A stretch of DNA of 20,000 bases. Origin: an uncultured virus (IMG/VR IMGVR_UViG_3300007986_000015) (taxonomy: Duplodnaviria; Heunggongvirae; Uroviricota; Caudoviricetes). Under the pieces are notes generated by a model. That model was not told the origin of the DNA and made no database searches. It was given only the letters and a program-made list of their open reading frames with translations. A program made the translations under genes and the position numbers. This document shows positions 16,427-20,000 of the stretch, piece by piece. The DNA is taken from IMG/VR virus record IMGVR_UViG_3300007986_000015. The stretch is one strand, 5' to 3'. Within the stretch, counting starts at the first letter, position 1. Each line of letters starts with the position of its first letter.

Positions 16427-16504
16427 CGGAGTATAGCGCAGTCTGGTTAGCGCATCGCGTTTGGGACGCGAGGGCCGGGGGTTCGAATCCCTCTACTCCG
16501 ACCA
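16427..16504 (+). tRNA. tRNA-Pro (TGG)
   Basis: CGGAGTA/TACTCCG acceptor, TCGCG-TT-TGG-GA-CGCGA anticodon arm, GGTTCGAATCC, encoded ACCA. Confidence 0.97.
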
Positions 16505-16511
16505 TTTTATT

Positions 16512-16712
16512 ATGATAACGAACAAACAACAGATGTGGAATTATATTGCTGATCAAAATAAGTTGATCGGCAAGGGACGTGTGTCACTACCGGTATCTCA
16601 ACTGAAGCGACTCGTTGAGGTGGTATGGGATACAAGTAAGAGTTCTGAACACACGAAAGCTCCGGCATATCCTACTGGTTTTGAAGAACTGTTTGGAGGA
16701 TTTTGGCGATGA
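16512..16712 (+). CDS. Hypothetical protein between tRNAs (66 aa)
   Basis: ATG 16512 just after tRNA-Pro. The longer track ORF overlaps the tRNA. Confidence 0.6.
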   Translation: MITNKQQMWNYIADQNKLIGKGRVSLPVSQLKRLVEVVWDTSKSSEHTKAPAYPTGFEELFGGFWR

Positions 16713-16745
16713 ATACAGCAACTAATGACGATGTAAACACGTTAT

Positions 16746-16821
16746 AGGCTTATAGCTCAGAGGACAGAGCAGCAGATTCCTACTCTGCAGGTCGTGGGTT
16801 CGACTCCCACTAAGCCTACCA
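16746..16821 (+). tRNA. tRNA-Arg (CCT)
   Basis: AGGCTTA/TAAGCCT acceptor, GCAGA-TT-CCT-AC-TCTGC anticodon arm, GTGGG-TTCGACT-CCCAC T arm, A20, encoded ACCA. Confidence 0.96.
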
Positions 16822-16864
16822 CAACCACAACTACAACTACAACTACCGATTTGACGGCAAATCG

Positions 16865-17070
16865 AGGCCCTCAAGTGGTCCTGAATGCATAAGTACCTGA
16901 TTTAGTGTAATTTAACCCTATTTTAGATGCAGTGTTCATTCAGGACCACTTGAGGGCCTTTTTTCGCGAAAATAAGTGATTGTGTAAGTCCCTTCTGGAG
17001 CCCTACTTAACAAAAAAGTGCTAAAAACTGAAAAATAATGGTGTACTTTTACTGAGAACTGGTTTATAAT
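16865..17070 (+). repeat. Repeated intergenic regulatory cassette, copy 4 (23-bp IR/terminator, two boxes, early promoter P8)
   Basis: Perfect 23-bp IR 16865-16887/16937-16959 plus T run; boxes 16890-16914 and 16985-17009; GTGTAC 17041 N18 TATAAT 17065. Confidence 0.85.
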
Positions 17071-17109
17071 GATATCAGAGGAATAACGGTAACAGCAAAG
17101 GGATACAGT

Positions 17110-17226
17110 ATGAAGACGAATCAATGGAAGAAGCAGCTTGACAAGATGGCCCAGGAAGATCGGGCCTTGGCCAACAAGATCCATCGGAATGCCCGGCGTA
17201 TGGCTGAAGAAGTAAAGAAGTCGTAA
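17110..17226 (+). CDS. Small basic early peptide (38 aa)
   Basis: Leader GGATACAGTATGA is the same as for ORF 3302; MKTNQWKKQLDKMAQEDRALANKIHRNARRMAEEVKKS*. Confidence 0.65.
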   Translation: MKTNQWKKQLDKMAQEDRALANKIHRNARRMAEEVKKS

Positions 17227-17227
17227 C

Positions 17228-17362
17228 ATGAGTATCGATCGCCAATTACAATTCGCATCGTCAAGATTCGGGCGGACCATGCTACATGTCCTAGCATATA
17301 AAAAGGATCGTCGTTTTATGTGGCACTTCCAGGGCATTATTCGCGAAATCAGGAGCATATAA
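17228..17362 (+). CDS. Small hypothetical protein (44 aa)
   Basis: Tiles between its neighbours, with TAATG coupling to the next gene. Confidence 0.55.
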   Translation: MSIDRQLQFASSRFGRTMLHVLAYKKDRRFMWHFQGIIREIRSI

Positions 17363-17652
17363 TGAGCGTACTATCAGAACCGAATAACATCGAGGTTATC
17401 TTCTTTCATGAAACTACGACAGGATGTCGTTGGCTCGAGCACAGCGTTCTGACGTATAGCATCAATGGTGCAGTCTCGGCTGCAGAGGATTATTTCGCCG
17501 GTCACAAATCAGCAGCTGCTCACCTGCTTAAAGGTTGGCGCCGGGATGGCGAGGACGTAGACATGTATCCCGATTTTGAGATCCTTAGTTGTGATCGCGA
17601 TCAGGATCAAGCGACGACAACTCTAAATCGCGTATTTGACGCCTTTCTGTAG
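17362..17652 (+). CDS. Hypothetical protein
   Basis: ATG 17362 behind AGGAG. Confidence 0.7.
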   Translation: MSVLSEPNNIEVIFFHETTTGCRWLEHSVLTYSINGAVSAAEDYFAGHKSAAAHLLKGWRRDGEDVDMYPDFEILSCDRDQDQATTTLNRVFDAFL

Positions 17653-17665
17653 AGTTAAAATAATG

Positions 17666-17695
17666 GTGTACAGAATTTAGAAAGTGTGGTATAAT
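17666..17695 (+). promoter_or_regulatory. Early promoter P9
   Basis: AAAATAATG-GTGTAC N18 TATAAT with TGTGG. Confidence 0.85.
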
Positions 17696-17701
17696 AATTC
17701 T

Positions 17702-18025
17702 ATGAATTTTAAAGTTAATAAAACTAATACAGCTCCAATACGGCTATACGTGGATGATATCCGCAATCCAGTGTTTTCTGGACTTCGGGATTGGGTTGTC
17801 GCTAAGACTAGCGCTGAGGCAATTGAGATTCTCAAAACACAGAATGTTATTGAGTGCTCACTTGACCATGACCTCGGCGGCGATGACACGGGCTATATCG
17901 TAGCATGTTGGATGGAAGAGAATAATGTCTGGCCCAAGGATGGAACATTTTGCCACTCGGCAAATCCGATCGGCCGCCACAGAATTACCGCAGTTATCAA
18001 TGCTGCAAAACGGAGGTCAATATGA
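17702..18025 (+). CDS. Cyclic-phosphate-processing receiver-like (cREC) domain protein
   Basis: LYVDDIRNP, W...TSAEAI, SLDHDLG, TGY, HSANPIG motifs. Confidence 0.75.
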   Translation: MNFKVNKTNTAPIRLYVDDIRNPVFSGLRDWVVAKTSAEAIEILKTQNVIECSLDHDLGGDDTGYIVACWMEENNVWPKDGTFCHSANPIGRHRITAVINAAKRRSI

Positions 18026-18228
18026 CCAATGAACAAAACGAAGTCGATATTGGAAGCACACTGAAACTGTCAATTGATATTTGGGAACGTTTCGATAATC
18101 ATGCATATTTTGAATTCACTGAACACGCATGTGATCATTACAGTTCTGATACTGAGACGTCTGTTGACGTTGATAAAGAAAAAGCTATTGAAATAATAGC
18201 GGCGCTGAAGAAAGCGTTTAACCTGTAG
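18022..18228 (+). CDS. Small acidic hypothetical protein
   Basis: ATGA overlap, SD GGAGG. Confidence 0.75.
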   Translation: MTNEQNEVDIGSTLKLSIDIWERFDNHAYFEFTEHACDHYSSDTETSVDVDKEKAIEIIAALKKAFNL

Positions 18229-18237
18229 GAGAAAACT

Positions 18238-18387
18238 ATGAAGACCAAGAAAATGACAACTCGCCAGATCGTGGAACGCATGCAGAAATGCATCGCCAAT
18301 GGAGATACTGCGTCAGCATTCTTCCGCTCTCTTGAGCAGATGGTTCCGGCATGTTACCACATTAATCAGAAGAAGGCGGCTCTGTAA
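18238..18387 (+). CDS. Small hypothetical protein (49 aa)
   Basis: SD AGGAG; MKTKKMTTRQIVERMQKCIANGD...; TAATG coupling to the next gene. Confidence 0.7.
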   Translation: MKTKKMTTRQIVERMQKCIANGDTASAFFRSLEQMVPACYHINQKKAAL

Positions 18388-18584
18388 TGGATATCTATTC
18401 AGACACTCCCAAGTGCTTCAGCGCTACAATTCATAGTGTGCTGCATGTGATTACACCTAAAGAAGCGTGGACAATTAATGAGGCTCATGAACGAATCCCC
18501 ATTGATCGTGGTATCGTATACGAATTATTGGCTGACATAACGAACGCCTTAGGCAAAGAACCCATGGTCTCTGAATCCTGGTAA
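18387..18584 (+). CDS. Hypothetical protein
   Basis: Translationally coupled 65-aa ORF. Confidence 0.6.
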   Translation: MDIYSDTPKCFSATIHSVLHVITPKEAWTINEAHERIPIDRGIVYELLADITNALGKEPMVSESW

Positions 18585-18608
18585 TCTACAAACAACAGAA
18601 AGAAAAAC

Positions 18609-18776
18609 ATGAATAAGCTGCAATTACTCGCATATCGAATCGCTACGGCGGCTCTCCAGTTCACTCCTGAGACACTCGCCATGATGTTGGTGTGTATATA
18701 CATTAATCCGGTCATCAGTGTCATGTGGGCTATTGGAGTGACTCTCTACTACAACTATACACAACGGGTCTCGTAA
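18609..18776 (+). CDS. Small membrane protein (55 aa)
   Basis: MNKLQLLAYRIATAALQFTPETLAMMLVCIYINPVISVMWAIGVTLYYNYTQRVS*. Confidence 0.6.
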   Translation: MNKLQLLAYRIATAALQFTPETLAMMLVCIYINPVISVMWAIGVTLYYNYTQRVS

Positions 18777-18777
18777 A

Positions 18778-18990
18778 ATGAAAGTGTGCACAAAGGATAA
18801 ATGGTTAATTGTTAATCGAACAACACAAAAGCTGGTATATCCTGAACTGTGTTTTACTCGAAAGCGTAATGCTAATACGTATCTATCGTCGAAACATCCG
18901 GGAGTGAAGCCTCACGAATTGTTCTTACTTTATGAAGTTAAATCACTATACGAAATATTGAAAGAGATGAGTGATGGCAAGATTAGTTAG
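18778..18990 (+). CDS. Hypothetical protein
   Basis: 70-aa ORF in a tightly packed run. Confidence 0.6.
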   Translation: MKVCTKDKWLIVNRTTQKLVYPELCFTRKRNANTYLSSKHPGVKPHELFLLYEVKSLYEILKEMSDGKIS

Positions 18991-19246
18991 AGATCGCGAT
19001 GGCGAAGGACACTATGGTTCTGTCTTAAATCTTATACCAGCGAACCTGAGCGATAGTATGCATAGTTGGGATGGAAATCCCGAATCGCTTTTGGGATTCG
19101 GATTATATATTGGTACAGTTACAGGTGGGATGTTTTCATCTAGGGACTGGTGGTGCACAACGGTAATCACAGAGATCTTAGAAATTACTAACGATCATAT
19201 TCGTTTTAAGACGAAGAATTCATTCTACACTTTATATAAGCACTAA
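18974..19246 (+). CDS. Hypothetical protein
   Basis: ATG 18974; ends WWCTTVITEIL....IRFKTKNSFY.L, a pattern typical of small phage proteins. Confidence 0.7.
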   Translation: MARLVRDRDGEGHYGSVLNLIPANLSDSMHSWDGNPESLLGFGLYIGTVTGGMFSSRDWWCTTVITEILEITNDHIRFKTKNSFYTLYKH

Positions 19247-19247
19247 T

Positions 19248-20000
19248 ATGAAAATTGAAATCAAAAAGAATCGAAATCGTAAAGCGCCAACGTTTGCAAA
19301 CATTAACCTACTGGGCCAATGCAATGCAAATTGCTACTTTTGCCTCGGCAAGGATATCTGTAATGAGCTCGCAGGGAAGAACCAATTGGATGTCCCATGG
19401 ACGCAATGGAAAAACTTCAATGAGTTTCTGTCAGAGTGTGCTAAGAACGGCATAACGAAATTATATCTCACCGGTCAGACTGCTGACGGACTACAATATA
19501 AGTCCGAGCATCTTAGGTCTTTGTTGATCCACCTTCAACACTATGGCTTTACAGTTGGTGTTCGAACGAATGGATATTTAGCGCAGGAGAAGATGTGCCT
19601 CATCGATCTAATGCAGGATGAGATTGGGTATTCCATTCACAGTCTGAATCCCGAGACTAACAAAAAGATTATGGGTCGAAGTGATATACCTGATTGGGAT
19701 TATATTATACCCAGGAGCGGAGATAACGTACGTGTCTCTATTGTACTGAACCGTTATAACGTCGTTGAGTTTGATGAGTTGGTGAAGTATATTTCTAAAT
19801 TCGATAACGTCAAATACATTCATGTTCGTCGGATCTCTACAGACACTCGTCAAGAAGAGTTGCAGCAGGATATCGACCTGTATGAAAGCTTCTATACCGA
19901 GTTCATAAAGACACATAAAAAGATTGCTGATTTTTATAGCGCTGAAGTGTTCAATATCTACGGCAAGGAAGTAAACTTTTGGAGGACAGTCGAAACATCC
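19248..20000 (+). CDS. Radical SAM protein (runs off the window end)
   Basis: Open frame from ATG 19248 to the end, absent from the ORF track: MKIEIKKNRNRKAPTFANINLLGQCNANCYFCLGKD (CxxxCxxC), YLTGQTADGL, VRTNGY. Confidence 0.88.
   Translation, partial: MKIEIKKNRNRKAPTFANINLLGQCNANCYFCLGKDICNELAGKNQLDVPWTQWKNFNEFLSECAKNGITKLYLTGQTADGLQYKSEHLRSLLIHLQHYGFTVGVRTNGYLAQEKMCLIDLMQDEIGYSIHSLNPETNKKIMGRSDIPDWDYIIPRSGDNVRVSIVLNRYNVVEFDELVKYISKFDNVKYIHVRRISTDTRQEELQQDIDLYESFYTEFIKTHKKIADFYSAEVFNIYGKEVNFWRTVETS

Noticed and set aside
16461..16511. N-terminal extension of ORF 16461-16712
   Set aside because: It overlaps tRNA-Pro; ATG 16512 is the plausible start.
3075..17070. CRISPR array or integron attC interpretation of the repeats
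   Set aside because: Copies are kilobases apart, degenerate and tied to promoters. There is no repeat-spacer periodicity, no clear RYYYAAC/GTTRRRY ends and no integrase in the window.
19255..19455. 66-aa track ORF
   Set aside because: It is an out-of-frame overlap with the radical SAM gene starting at 19248.
771..19916. All minus-strand ORFs in the track (e.g. 3203-3823, 7406-7954, 7434-7973, 16936-17358)
   Set aside because: They are antisense shadows of well-supported + strand genes or cross promoter cassettes, and show no recognisable motifs.

Overview
A 20-kb segment of a large T4-like (myovirus-type) phage genome, with all credible genes on the + strand. From left to right it holds: (1) the 3' end of a probable alpha-glucosyltransferase, a late-promoter-controlled GIY-YIG endonuclease, an atypical C5-cytosine methyltransferase-fold gene, a decayed second homing endonuclease and a bacterial-type thymidylate kinase; (2) an ATP-dependent DNA ligase, a metallophosphoesterase and a HAD nucleotidase; (3) an amidoligase flanked by two Lys-rich proteins; (4) a DEDDh exonuclease and the T4-type uvsX-(gp40-position)-gp41 helicase block; (5) an RNA cluster with tRNA-Pro(TGG), tRNA-Arg(CCT), an aberrant tRNA-like element and two candidate structured RNAs; (6) many small early ORFs and a radical SAM gene running off the right end. 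Nine copies of an early promoter (GTGTAC-N18/19-TATAWT) punctuate the window. Four of them sit in a ~190-bp repeated cassette containing hairpins and a spaced palindrome, TAAR-N16-AYTTA, 30-31 nt upstream of the -35 element. The most interesting signals are this cassette, the DNA-modification gene pair and the RNA structures near the tRNAs. Protein family calls come from motif recognition by eye, not from database searches.
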